Positions 38,001 through 51,300 of a stretch of DNA of 64,000 nt are shown piece after piece (the stretch's first letter is position 1; each line of letters begins with the position of its first letter). Both the position numbers and the translations under genes were made by a program. Source of the stretch: Paragordius varius (taxonomy: Eukaryota; Animalia; Nematomorpha). Below the pieces are notes generated by a model. That model was not told the DNA's origin, searched no databases, and saw only the letters and a list, made by a program, of their open reading frames with translations. The DNA lies in the NCBI GenBank assembly GCA_964247055.1, contig OZ176055.1, positions 9,734,001 to 9,798,000 of the forward strand, given 5' to 3'.

Positions 38001-40520
38001 ACTTTTAATAAACCACCCAGTGCGGCTAAGCTTAAAAAAGTTACCATAAACGCTGACCTCAAGGTAAGTTTTATAATTTTTTATTAAGTTTTTTACGTAA
38101 TTATTGTTAATGTAACATGTTTTTTTAACACCATAATCCTGGATAGATTGATTGAAATAACACATAAATTTTATTTCATTCAAATGTAAAGTTCATTAAA
38201 AAGGTCAAAAATGGGCCAAATTCAGAATTTGTGCCCCCAGAAAAAAGTTAAACTGTATAATTTTTTTTATCTTTAAAGTCTTTTGAGATGTTTTTGCTTT
38301 ATTATTATATTTATTTCATTTTTCAGACTGTTGAACATGACATTCCCATATCTGAGCAACAACCAAAAAACGTAGAAAATATGAATTTCAATCTTCCCCC
38401 GACATATAAATTACGGAGTAGTAGTGATAAAAAAGCAAAAAATGAACATCCGCTAACTAAAGTTGAAGAGTTACCCGCTTCTATACCAAGTGATCCCCCC
38501 AAAAAACCAGAAGAATTCACAATAACTCCAAATGCTTTAACCACTACAAATGATTCAAAAGGTTTTTTTTCCAACAATATTCCTTTTAAAAATTTTATTT
38601 CATTTCAAATATTATAAAACTTTTTTTTAATTGCATTTTTAGACACAAAACATACCTTGGCTGAAAAAGTCGAGAAGAGCGTTAACAATACATCCAAAGC
38701 TACAAATGCGACGATAAATATCAATACTAATAATAATAACCAATCAATTCTACATAATACCACTGCAAATTTTAATGTGAATAATAGTCTTTACAACAAT
38801 AATAATAATAGCTTGCTAGGTAACAATAACACCATCAATAACAAATTATTTAAGAGTCGACTTTCACCCGAAGAAATTTTATCCATGTATAAAACGGTCA
38901 CATCGCTCAAAATGAATAATGCAATTACTACGCAAAATAATCCAAATAACCCCATAAAAACACAAAATAGTACCCATAAAAAGGATTCAATTACCATTAA
39001 AAATCAGCATGAAACTAAAAACTCTGCAACTAATAACAATAATATGCCTGAAAATAATGGTATCAATGTTAAAAGCGAAGTTGATATGATGGAAAATAAC
39101 GAATACAGCAAATATTTGATTAACAACATGGAAAAAGGGAAACCTTTAGGTGATAGATATTATATTAGTTTTATCACTAAGTTTTACCATTTCTTTTTAA
39201 AACTAATTTTTATTACAGTAAAACTGAAATTATACAGACAAAACGTAAAAATATAAAGACAAATACCTTTTTCTAAAAAACAACCATACTTTTTAAATCT
39301 TGATTTTTAACATAACTCATTGTTTTAAATGGCAAAGTGTGAAATAGAGTTATATATTACTAACACAATCAATTCTCTATTTTACAATTGTAACTCAATG
39401 AGAAAGATTAAGGTTTTGAAAAGTATGGTTAACTTTTAGAAAAAATTTGTCTTTAAATTTTTACGTTTTGTCCGTATAATTTCAATTTTTACTATATAAA
39501 TTTATATCCCAAAGTTATATTTTTTATTGTATGATATTTTTTGCGATTTGACCATGGTATAGCTACCAAATATGATCAAGTTAACTCTCATGCAAAAGAT
39601 GAGAACGATTCAAACATGGAAAATGTTAAATCATTAAATCCCATGACGAGTAAAGGCAATGTAGCAGATATAAACCAGCATCATTTGGTAACAAACGTTC
39701 AATATGATATTGAAAGTATGCGATCTGATGACAGCTCTGATGATGAATCCAATCCTAAAAAGCCACGGCCTCCATGGGCTTTTGGTTTTTTATATTTATA
39801 TACTTTTTGTTTTAAAACCTAGAGTAAAAAGGCTAAAATTATGATACAATTAATCTATTTCTAATAACTGATTTTTAACTTAATTTTATCTATATACCTA
39901 TTGTTTTGGTTAAAAAAATCATTGAGAGTAGAAATTGGTAATACTTAATTCCAAAATTGTAATTTAGGGTATTTTTAACATTTAAAAAGGTACCGCTTCT
40001 TTATTCAAAAAAATTTGTCTTTTGAATACTATGTTTTGTCCTATTAATTCATAAATGTCTTATATTTTAACCGTTTTTTCCAATATAATTTTTTGCAGGT
40101 CCTGCCCTTAAAGAACAAGCCATGTACCAAGAAAACTGCCTACTTAAATCCGAATGGCCTCTGAAATATTTCAAGGGTGCTCGGAGTAAAGTACCCAAGG
40201 CTAGTGTACTGTTTGGGAGTTATAAGAGAGCTCTTAAACGTAAGCTGATGGCCGCCACACACGAAGAAAATGATGAACGAAATTCCTTAGAATCGAAACA
40301 TAAGGTTTTAGCGGTCACGTCTAATAAAAACAAGGCTATTAACCTTGATTTAGCTACTGCGGGTTCTGGTGATTTTTATCTAAACATGAGTACTCAAGGG
40401 GAAAATAATGCAGCAGTTCAAAACGGGGGTGGCGCTAATTATACTATGCTAAATGAAACAGTAGGGAGTGAAGATGTCCGTGGTAGTTCTGTGTTTTGGG
40501 ACACAACTTTTTTGGAATAA
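35001..40520 (+). CDS. INCENP: INCENP-like chromosomal passenger complex scaffold, 11 exons, about 956 aa
   Basis: Exons 35001-35138, 35166-35288, 35317-35417, 35448-35622, 36044-36301, 36705-36823, 37493-38063, 38327-38561, 38643-39149, 39563-39784, 40099-40520 (2871 nt, phase-consistent). IN-box YDIESMRSDDSSDDESNPKKPRPPWAFGPAL and terminal RGSSVFW; N-terminal helix with WL resembles the survivin/borealin-binding segment. Confidence 0.75.
37005..37335. mobile_element. MITE family B (INCENP intron 6)
   Basis: TA-CCATTTAC...GTAAATGG-TA with subterminal repeats. Another right end lies at window positions about 1-42. Confidence 0.85.
39216..39494. mobile_element. Tc1/mariner-type MITE family A (INCENP intron 9)
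   Basis: Both TIRs, near-consensus. Confidence 0.9.
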
Positions 40521-42399
40521 AACAGTTTTAAAATATTTAACTTACTCCTTCGAATTAGATAGTAAGTGGATTGTGGCATAGTTGTAAATTATTCTAGTAT
40601 CAATACATGTAGCACACCTTAGTTATTTTAGAGTGTAAAATTTGTTAATAGTAATAAATTATGTATAAAAATATTTTAAATTGCGGGTTTACGTATTTAT
40701 TAAACAATGAAATATACCCACTCCATATGTTCACGTTCATAAGCCCTGAAATTTATAATCTTACATTGATTTTCAAAAAGGATTTTTCATTAACTAACTT
40801 TCGAAATATTATATATATAATAACAATGTAAAACAACAGATAAAAAATTTAAAAACCGCAAATCGTAGTTATTTTTACCTGTACATATCGATGTAAATTT
40901 TAGTATTTAAAAACAATTAACAATGTATATTAGTAGTTTTAAAATTCATTAAAAACCGCAATATTTTTACCTTTATTTATAAATATGTCAAAAATATTTA
41001 AAAATTATTGATAATTAATAATGCAAAATAAAATTAATAAATTTTCTCAAATCCAAAAATTTAAATTATTATAAATTTACAATACTGAACCTATAAAACA
41101 AAAAATCTAACTACATAAATTTTCTTAAACCCGAATATATTTTACATCTATTTATTAAACTGTCAAAAATATTTAAAATGCAAAACAAGAAATTAACAAA
41201 TTTACCCCATATATATACTTGTATCTATAAATATGTCAAAATATTAATACTAATATCTACATAAATTTTCTTATATAAGCTATTTAGTTACAATTGTTAG
41301 AATATATTGTGTTGTCGCTTCCTATGTTCAATATTAACTATAGATGTAAAACATAATAGTATGCATTCATAGAGTTTTTATTACCCTTTCGAATCACATA
41401 TTACAAATGAGCATTTGTTGTTAATATTTAAAGAAAAACATTTAAATTTGATAAAAATGGCGCATAATCAAAAAAATCAAATTATACAAAATTCTAAGGT
41501 GAAATTATAATTTTATTTAAGATCTACTGTTAAAATGAGAGTAAATATCAGAAAATGAAAAAATCTCGAGTGGCAGAAAGATTTGTTGTCTAGTGTATTA
41601 ATAAAATGAAAAGTTTAAGGACCAACTGAAATGTTCAAGCACCTACTTGAAGTGTTGACTCATAAAATGCAATTAGTATACATTCAAATATTTTACATAA
41701 TATAATTATGAATGTATGATTATTTTGCATGATCACAATTACTACATAACTACTGCATAAATATATATATATATACATATATTAGCTAATTAATTCAAAA
41801 TAAAGCTCTACACAGGGGCGTTAAATCTTAGCGGCTGCTTTACATTATAATTTTTGTTTTATTTTTAGCTCAATTTTGGATGATATATCATCTAAATCGT
41901 AAATTTTGATTGAAATTCAATTTTATATATTTTAACAGTTTTTAGAGAACTTTTGAACACCGAAAAAAGTGGACATCCCTGGTTGAAAAAAATATGGATA
42001 TTCTTATAGAAAAATATTTGCTTTAAGTTTTTACGGGTGCAATCAGCACAAAGGTTTTAGTTTTAATTTTTAAAATAAATCTTGCCAATAACTTTGATAT
42101 CAATTGTAAAAAATAATAATATTCTAAAATAATTAAGGATATCGGTCGCTATCTGCTCTAATTAATTTTTGACAAGACACGAAAAATAGATTGTAAAAAA
42201 TAACATCACCATATCTCAATATATTATATATGATTATATTATTTATTTTTTTGTATGATATAGTGACCCCATTTTTGGGGGTTTGAATAATAAAACATTA
42301 ATTAAATATATTGTCTATGATAAAAGTTTTTTGTATTTTGAGTGAGAGAGGTGTATTGGAATTATATGAAAAGGAAAATGTCTTAAAGCATTTGATGTT

Positions 42400-45300
42400 T
42401 TTGATGTAACTGTCTTAATCGATTATCGTTTAGTTCTACATCCATCCGTCACCGAAGCTGCCACTTTTCAGTATTAGGATAGATAGAAAAAAATGTTGGT
42501 TGTTTTGATTGAGAATTAATTCGAAACAGATTGAACCGGACGGTTTAATAGACGACTTGGCGAACTGATTTTGATGCAACTGTCTTAATCGATTATCGTA
42601 TAGTTTTACATCCATCCGTTACCGAAGCTGCCACTTTTCAGTATTAGGATAGATAGAGTTTAAAATGTTGGTTGTTTTGATTAAGAATTAATTCGAAACA
42701 GATTGAACCGGACGGTTTAATAGACGACTTGGCGAACTGATTTTAATGCAACTGTCTTAATCGATTATCGTATAGTTTTACATCCATCCGTTACCGAAGC
42801 TGCCACTTTTCAGTATTAGGATAGATAGAGTTAAAAATGTTGGTTGTTTTGATTGAGAATTAATTCGAAACCGATTGAATCGGACGGTTTAATAGACGAC
42901 TTGGCGAACTGATTTTAATGCAACTGTCTTAATCGATTATCGTATAGTTTTACATCCATCCGTCACCGAAGCTGCCACTTTTCAGTATTAGGATAGATAG
43001 AGTTAAAAATGTTGGTTGTTTTGATTGAGAATTAATTCGAAACCGATTGAATCGGACGTTTTAATAGACAACTTGGCGAACTGATTTTGATGCAACTGTA
43101 ATCGATTATCGTATTGTTTTACATCCATCCGTAACCGAAGCTGCCACTTTTCAGTATTAGGATAGATAGAGTTTAAAATGTTGGTTGTTTTGATTAAGAA
43201 TTAATTCGAAACAGATTGAACCGGACGGTTTAATAGACGACTTGGCGAACTGATTTTAATGCAACTGTCTTAATCGATTATCGTATAGTTTTACATCCAT
43301 CCGTCACCGAAGCTGCCACTTTTCAGTATTAGGATAGATAGAGTTAAAAATGTTGGTTGTTTTGATTGAGAATTAATTCGAAACCGATTGAATCGGACGG
43401 TTTAATAGACAACTCGGCGAACTGATTTTGATGCAACTGTAATCGATTATCGTATAGTTTTACATCCATCCGTCACCGAAGCTGCCACTTTTCAGTATTA
43501 GGATAGATAGAGTTAAAAATGTTGGTTGTTTTGATTGAGAATTAATTCGAAACCGATTGAATCGGACGTTTTAATAGACAACTTGGCGAACTGATTTTGA
43601 TGCAACTGTAATCGATTATCGTATTGTTTTACATCCATCCGTAACCGAAACCGCCATTCCAGTATTAGGATAGATAGAGTAAAAAATGTTGGTTGTTTTG
43701 ATTAAGAATTAATTCGAAACAGATTGAACCGGACGGTTTAATAGACGACTTGGCGAACTGATTTTAATGCAACTGTCTTAATCGATTATCGTATAGTTTT
43801 ACATCCATCCGTCACCGAAGCTGCCACTTTTCAGTATTAGGATAGATAGAGTTAAAAATGTTGGTTGTTTTGATTGAGAATTAATTCGAAACCGATTGAA
43901 TCGGACGGTTTAATAGACAACTCGGCGAACTGATTTTAATGCAACTGTCTTAATCGATTATCGTATAGTTTTACATCCATCCGTCACCGAAGCTGCCACT
44001 TTTCAGTATTAGGATTATAGAGTTAAAAATGTTGGTTGTTTTGATTGAGAATTAAATCGAAACAGATTGTACCGGACGGTTTAATAGACAACTTGGCGAA
44101 CTGATTTTGATGCAACTGTAATCGATTATCGTATTGTTTTACATCCATCCGTAACCGAAACCGCCATTCCAGTATTAGGATAGATAGAGTAAAAAATGTT
44201 GGTTGTTTTGATTAAGAATTAATTCGAAACAGATTGAACCGGACGGTTTAATAGACGACTTGGCGAACTGATTTTAATGCAACTGTCTTAATCGATTATC
44301 GTATAGTTTTACATCCATCCGTCACCGAAGCTGCCACTTTTCAGTATTAGGATAGATAGAGTTAAAAATGTTGGTTGTTTTGATTGAGAATTAATTCGAA
44401 ACCGATTGAATCGGACGGTTTAATAGACGACTTGGCGAACTGATTTTAATGCAACTGTCTTAATCGATTATCGTATAGTTTTACATCCATCCGTCACCGA
44501 AGCTGCCACTTTTCAGTATTAGGATAGATAGAGTTTAAAATGTTGGTTGTTTTGATTGAGAATTAATTCGAAACAGATTGAACCGGACGTTTTAATAGAC
44601 AACTTGGCGAACTGATTTTGATGCAACTGTAATCGATTATCGTATTGTTTTACATCCATCCGTAACCGAAGCTGCCACTTTTCAGTATTAGGATAGATAG
44701 AGTTTAAAATGTTGGTTGTTTTGATTAAGAATTAATTCGAAACAGATTGAACCGGACGGTTTAATAGACGACTTGGCGAACTGATTTTAATGCAACTGTC
44801 TTAATCGATTATCGTATAGTTTTACATCCATCCGTCACCGAAGCTGCCACTTTTCAGTATTAGGATAGATAGAGTTAAAAATGTTGGTTGTTTTGATTAA
44901 GAATTAATTCGAAACAGATTGAACCGGACGGTTTAATAGACGACTTGGCGAACTGATTTTGATGCAACTGTAATCGATTATCGTATTGTTTTACATCCAT
45001 CCGTAACCGAAGCTGCCACTTTTCAGTATTAGGATAGATAGAGTTTAAAATGTTGGTTGTTTTGATTAAGAATTAATTCGAAACAGATTGAACCGGACGG
45101 TTTAATTGACGACTTGGCGAACTGATTTTAATGCAACTGTCTGAATCGATTATCGTATAGTTTTACATCCATCCGTCACCGAAGCTGCCACTTTTCAGTA
45201 TTAGGATAGATAGAGTTAAAAATGTTGGTTGTTTTGATTGAGAATTAATTCGAAACCGATTGAATCGGACGGTTTAATAGACGACTTGGCGAACTGATTT

Positions 45301-48300
45301 TAATGCAACTGTCTTAATCGATTATCGTATAGTTTTACATCCATCCGTCACCGAAGCTGCCACTTTTCAGTATTAGGATAGATAGAGTTAAAAATGTTGG
45401 TTGTTTTGATTGAGAATTAATTCGAAACCGATTGAATCGGACGGTTTAATAGACGACTTGGCGAACTGATTTTAATGCAACTGTCTTAATCGATTATCGT
45501 ATAGTTTTACATCCATCCGTCACCGAAGCTGCCACTTTTCAGTATTAGGATAGATAGAGTTAAAAATGTTGGTTGTTTTGATTGAGAATTAATTCGAAAC
45601 CGATTGAATCGGACGTTTTAATAGACAACTTGGCGAACTGATTTTGATGCAACTGTAATCGATTATCGTATTGTTTTACATCCATCCGTAACCGAAGCTG
45701 CCACTTTTCAGTATTAGGATAGATAGAGTTTAAAATGTTGGTTGTTTTGATTAAGAATTAATTCGAAACAGATTGAACCGGACGGTTTAATAGACGACTT
45801 GGCGAACTGATTTTAATGCAACTGTCTTAATCGATTATCGTATAGTTTTACATCCATCCGTCACCGAAGCTGCCACTTTTCAGTATTAGGATAGATAGAG
45901 TTAAAAATGTTGGTTGTTTTGATTGAGAATTAATTCGAAACCGATTGAATCGGACGGTTTAATAGACAACTCGGCGAACTGATTTTGATGCAACTGTAAT
46001 CGATTATCGTATAGTTTTACATCCATCCGTCACCGAAGCTGCCACTTTTCAGTATTAGGATAGATAGAGTTAAAAATGTTGGTTGTTTTGATTGAGAATT
46101 AATTCGAAACCGATTGAATCGGACGTTTTAATAGACAACTTGGCGAACTGATTTTGATGCAACTGTAATCGATTATCGTATTGTTTTACATCCATCCGTA
46201 ACCGAAACCGCCATTCCAGTATTAGGATAGATAGAGTAAAAAATGTTGGTTGTTTTGATTAAGAATTAATTCGAAACAGATTGAACCGGACGGTTTAATA
46301 GACGACTTGGCGAACTGATTTTAATGCAACTGTCTTAATCGATTATCGTATAGTTTTACATCCATCCGTCACCGAAGCTGCCACTTTTCAGTATTAGGAT
46401 AGATAGAGTTAAAAATGTTGGTTGTTTTGATTGAGAATTAATTCGAAACCGATTGAATCGGACGGTTTAATAGACAACTCGGCGAACTGATTTTAATGCA
46501 ACTGTCTTAATCGATTATCGTATAGTTTTACATCCATCCGTCACCGAAGCTGCCACTTTTCAGTATTATGATATATAGAGTTAAAAATGTTGGTTGTTTT
46601 GATTGAGAATTAAATCGAAACAGATTGTACCGGACGGTTTAATAGACAACTTGGCGAACTGATTTTGATGCAACTGTAATCGATTATCGTATTGTTTTAC
46701 ATCCATCCGTAACCGAAACCGCCATTCCAGTATTAGGATAGATAGAGTTAAAAATGTTGGTTGTTTTGATTGAGAATTAAGAAACCGATTGAATCGGACG
46801 GTTTAATAGACGACTTGGCGAACTGATTTTAATGCAACTGTCTTAATCGATTATCGTATAGTTTTACATCCATCCGTCACCGAAGCTGCCACTTTTCAGT
46901 ATTAGGATAGATAGAGTTTAAAATGTTGGTTGTTTTGATTGAGAATTAATTCGAAACAGATTGAACCGGACGTTTTAATAGACAACTTGGCGAACTGATT
47001 TTGATGCAACTGTAATCGATTATCGTATTGTTTTACATCCATCCGTAACCGAAGCTGCCACTTTTCAGTATTAGGATAGATAGAGTTTAAAATGTTGGTT
47101 GTTTTGATTAAGAATTAATTCGAAACAGATTGAACCGGACGGTTTAATAGACGACTTGGCGAACTGATTTTGATGCAACTGTAATCGATTATCGTATTGT
47201 TTTACATCCATCCGTCACCGAAGCTGCCACTTTTCAGTATTAGGATAGATAGAGTTAAAAATGTTGGTTGTTTTGATTGAGAATTAATTCGAAACAGATT
47301 GTACCGGACGGTTTAATAGACGACTTGGCGAACTGATTTTAATGCAACTGTCTTAATCGATTATCGTATAGTTTTACATCCATCCGTCACCGAAGCTGCC
47401 ACTTTTCAGTATTAGGATAGATAGAGTTTAAAATGTTGGTTGTTTTGATTGAGAATTAATTCGAAACCGATTGAATCGGACGGTTTAATAGACAACTCGG
47501 CGAACTGATTTTGATGCAACTGTAATCGATTATCGTATAGTTTTACATCCATCCGTCACCGAAGCTGCCACTTTTCAGTATTAGGATAGATAGAGTTAAA
47601 AATGTTGGTTGTTTTGATTGAGAATTAATTCGAAACCGATTGAATCGGACGTTTTAATAGACAACTTGGCGAAATGATTTTGATGCAACTGTAATCGATT
47701 ATCGTATTGTTTTACATCCATCCGTAACCGAAACCGCCATTCCAGTATTAGGATAGATAGAGTAAAAAATGTTGGTTGTTTTGATTAAGAATTAATTCGA
47801 AACAGATTGAACCGGACGGTTTAATAGACGACTTGGCGAACTGATTTTAATGCAACTGTCTTAATCGATTATCGTATAGTTTTACATCCATCCGTCACCG
47901 AAGCTGCCACTTTTCAGTATTAGGATAGATAGAGTTTAAAATGTTGGTTGTTTTGATTGAGAATTAATTCGAAACAGATTGAACCGGACGGTTTAATAGA
48001 CGACTTGGCGAACTGATTTTAATGCAACTGTCTTAATCGATTATCGTATAGTTTTACATCCATCCGTCACCGAAGCTGCCACTTTTCAGTATTAGGATAG
48101 ATAGAGTTAAAAATGTTGGTTGTTTTGATTAAGAATTAATTCGAAACAGATTGAACCGGACGGTTTAATAGACGACTTGGCGAACTGATTTTGATGCAAC
48201 TGTAATCGATTATCGTATTGTTTTACATCCATCCGTCACCGAAGCTGCCACTTTTCAGTATTAGGATAGATAGAGTTAAAAATGTTGGTTGTTTTGATTG

Positions 48301-51300
48301 AGAATTAATTCGAAACAGATTGTACCGGACGGTTTAATAGACGACTTGGCGAACTGATTTTAATGCAACTGTCTTAATCGATTATCGTATAGTTTTACAT
48401 CCATCCGTCACCGAAGCTGCCACTTTTCAGTATTAGGATAGATAGAGTTTAAAATGTTGGTTGTTTTGATTGAGAATTAATTCGAAACCGATTGAATCGG
48501 ACGGTTTAATAGACAACTCGGCGAACTGATTTTGATGCAACTGTAATCGATTATCGTATAGTTTTACATCCATCCGTCACCGAAGCTGCCACTTTTCAGT
48601 ATTAGGATAGATAGAGTTAAAAATGTTGGTTGTTTTGATTGAGAATTAATTCGAAACCGATTGAATCGGACGTTTTAATAGACAACTTGGCGAAATGATT
48701 TTGATGCAACTGTAATCGATTATCGTATTGTTTTACATCCATCCGTAACCGAAACCGCCATTCCAGTATTAGGATAGATAGAGTAAAAAATGTTGGTTGT
48801 TTTGATTAAGAATTAATTCGAAACAGATTGAACCGGACGGTTTAATAGACGACTTGGCGAACTGATTTTAATGCAACTGTCTTAATCGATTATCGTATAG
48901 TTTTACATCCATCCGTCACCGAAGCTGCCACTTTTCAGTATTAGGATAGATAGAGTTAAAAATGTTGGTTGTTTTGATTGAGAATTAATTCGAAACCGAT
49001 TGAATCGGACGGTTTAATAGACAACTCGGCGAACTGATTTTAATGCAACTGTCTTAATCGATTATCGTATAGTTTTACATCCATCCGTCACCGAAGCTGC
49101 CACTTTTCAGTATTAGGATATATAGAGTTAAAAATGTTGGTTGTTTTGATTGAGAATTAAATCGAAACAGATTGTACAGGACGGTTTAATAGACAACTTG
49201 GCGAACTGATTTTGATGCAACTGTAATCGATTATCGTATTGTTTTACATCCATCCGTAACCGAAACCGCCATTCCAGTATTAGGATAGATAGAGTAAAAA
49301 ATGTTGGTTGTTTTGATAAAGAATTAATTCGAAACAGATTGAACCTTACGGTTTAATATACGACTTGGCGAACTGCTTTTAATGCAACTGTCTTAATCGA
49401 TTATCGTATAGTTTTACATCCATCCGTCACCGAAGCTGCCACTTTTCAGTATTAGGATAGATAGAGTTAAAAATGTTGGTTGTTTTGATTGAGAATTAAT
49501 TCGAAACAGATTGAATCGGACGGTTTAATAGACGACTTGGCGAACTGATTTTAATGCAACTGTCTTAATCGATTATCGTATAGTTTTACATCCATCCGTC
49601 ACCGAAGCTGCCACTTTTCAGTATTAGGATAGATAGAGTTTAAAATGTTGGTTGTTTTGATTGAGAATTAATTCGAAACAGATTGAACCGGACGTTTTAA
49701 TAGACAACTTGGCGAACTGATTTTGATGCAACTGTAATCGATTATCGTATTGTTTTACATCCATCCGTAACCGAAGCTGCCACTTTTCAGTATTAGGATA
49801 GATAGAGTTTAAAATGTTGGTTGTTTTGATTAAGAATTAATTCGAAACAGATTGAACCGGACGGTTTAATAGACGACTTGGCGAACTGATTTTAATGCAA
49901 CTGTCTTAATCGATTATCGTATAGTTTTACATCCATCCGTCACCGAAGCTGCCACTTTTCAGTATTAGGATAGATAGAGTTAAAAATGTTGGTTGTTTTG
50001 ATTAAGAATTAATTCGAAACAGATTGAACCGGACGGTTTAATAGACGACTTGGCGAACTGATTTTGATGCAACTGTAATCGATTATCGTATTGTTTTACA
50101 TCCATCCGTAACCGAAGCTGCCACTTTTCAGTATTAGGATAGATAGAGTTTAAAATGTTGGTTGTTTTGATTAAGAATTAATTCGAAACAGATTGAACCG
50201 GACGGTTTAATTGACGACTTGGCGAACTGATTTTAATGCAACTGTCTGAATCGATTATCGTATAGTTTTACATCCATCCGTCACCGAAGCTGCCACTTTT
50301 CAGTATTAGGATAGATAGAGTTAAAAATGTTGGTTGTTTTGATTGAGAATTAATTCGAAACCGATTGAATCGGACGGTTTAATAGACGACTTGGCGAACT
50401 GATTTTAATGCAACTGTCTTAATCGATTATCGTATAGTTTTACATCCATCCGTCACCGAAGCTGCCACTTTTCAGTATTAGGATAGATAGAGTTAAAAAT
50501 GTTGGTTGTTTTGATTGAGAATTAATTCGAAACAGATTGTACCGGACGGTTTAATAGACGACTTGGCGAACTGATTTTAATGCAACTGTCTTAATCGATT
50601 ATCGTATAGTTTTACATCCATCCGTCACCGAAGCTGCCACTTTTCAGTATTAGGATAGATAGAGTTTAAAATGTTGGTTGTTTTGATTGAGAACTAATTC
50701 GAAACAGATTGTACCGGACGGTTTAATAGACAACTTGGCGAACTGATTTTGATGCAACTGTCTTAATTGATTATCGTATAGTTTTACATCCATCCGTCAC
50801 CGAAGCTGCCACTTTTCAGTAATAGGATAGATAGAGTTAAAAATGTTGGTTGTTTTGAGTGAGAACTAATTCGAAACAGATTGTACCGGTCGGTTTAATA
50901 GACAACTCGGCGAACTGATTTTAATGCAACTGTCTTAATCGATTATCGTATAGTTTTACATCCATCCGTCACCGAAGCTGCCACTTTTCAGTATTAGGAT
51001 AGATAGAGTTAAAAATGTTGGTTGTTTTGATTGAGAATTAATTCGAAACAGATTGAACCGGACTGTTTAATAGACGACTTGGCGAACTGATTTTAATACA
51101 ACTGTCTTAATCGATTATCGTATAGTTTTACATCCATCCGTCACCGAAGCTGCCACTTTTCAGTATTAGGATATATAGAGTTAAAAATGTTGGTTGTTTT
51201 GATTGAGAATTAAATCGAAACAGATTGTACCGGACGGTTTAATAGACAACTTGGCGAACTGATTTTGATGCAACTGTAATCGATTATCGTATAGTTTTAC

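Noticed and set aside
34931-38997. Minus-strand ORFs at 34931, 35430, 37938, 38323 and 38791
   Set aside because: Antisense shadows of INCENP-like exons.
42510-42545. CENP-B box in the satellite (TTCG..A..)
   Set aside because: TTCGAAACAGATTG lacks the required CGGG half; not a match.
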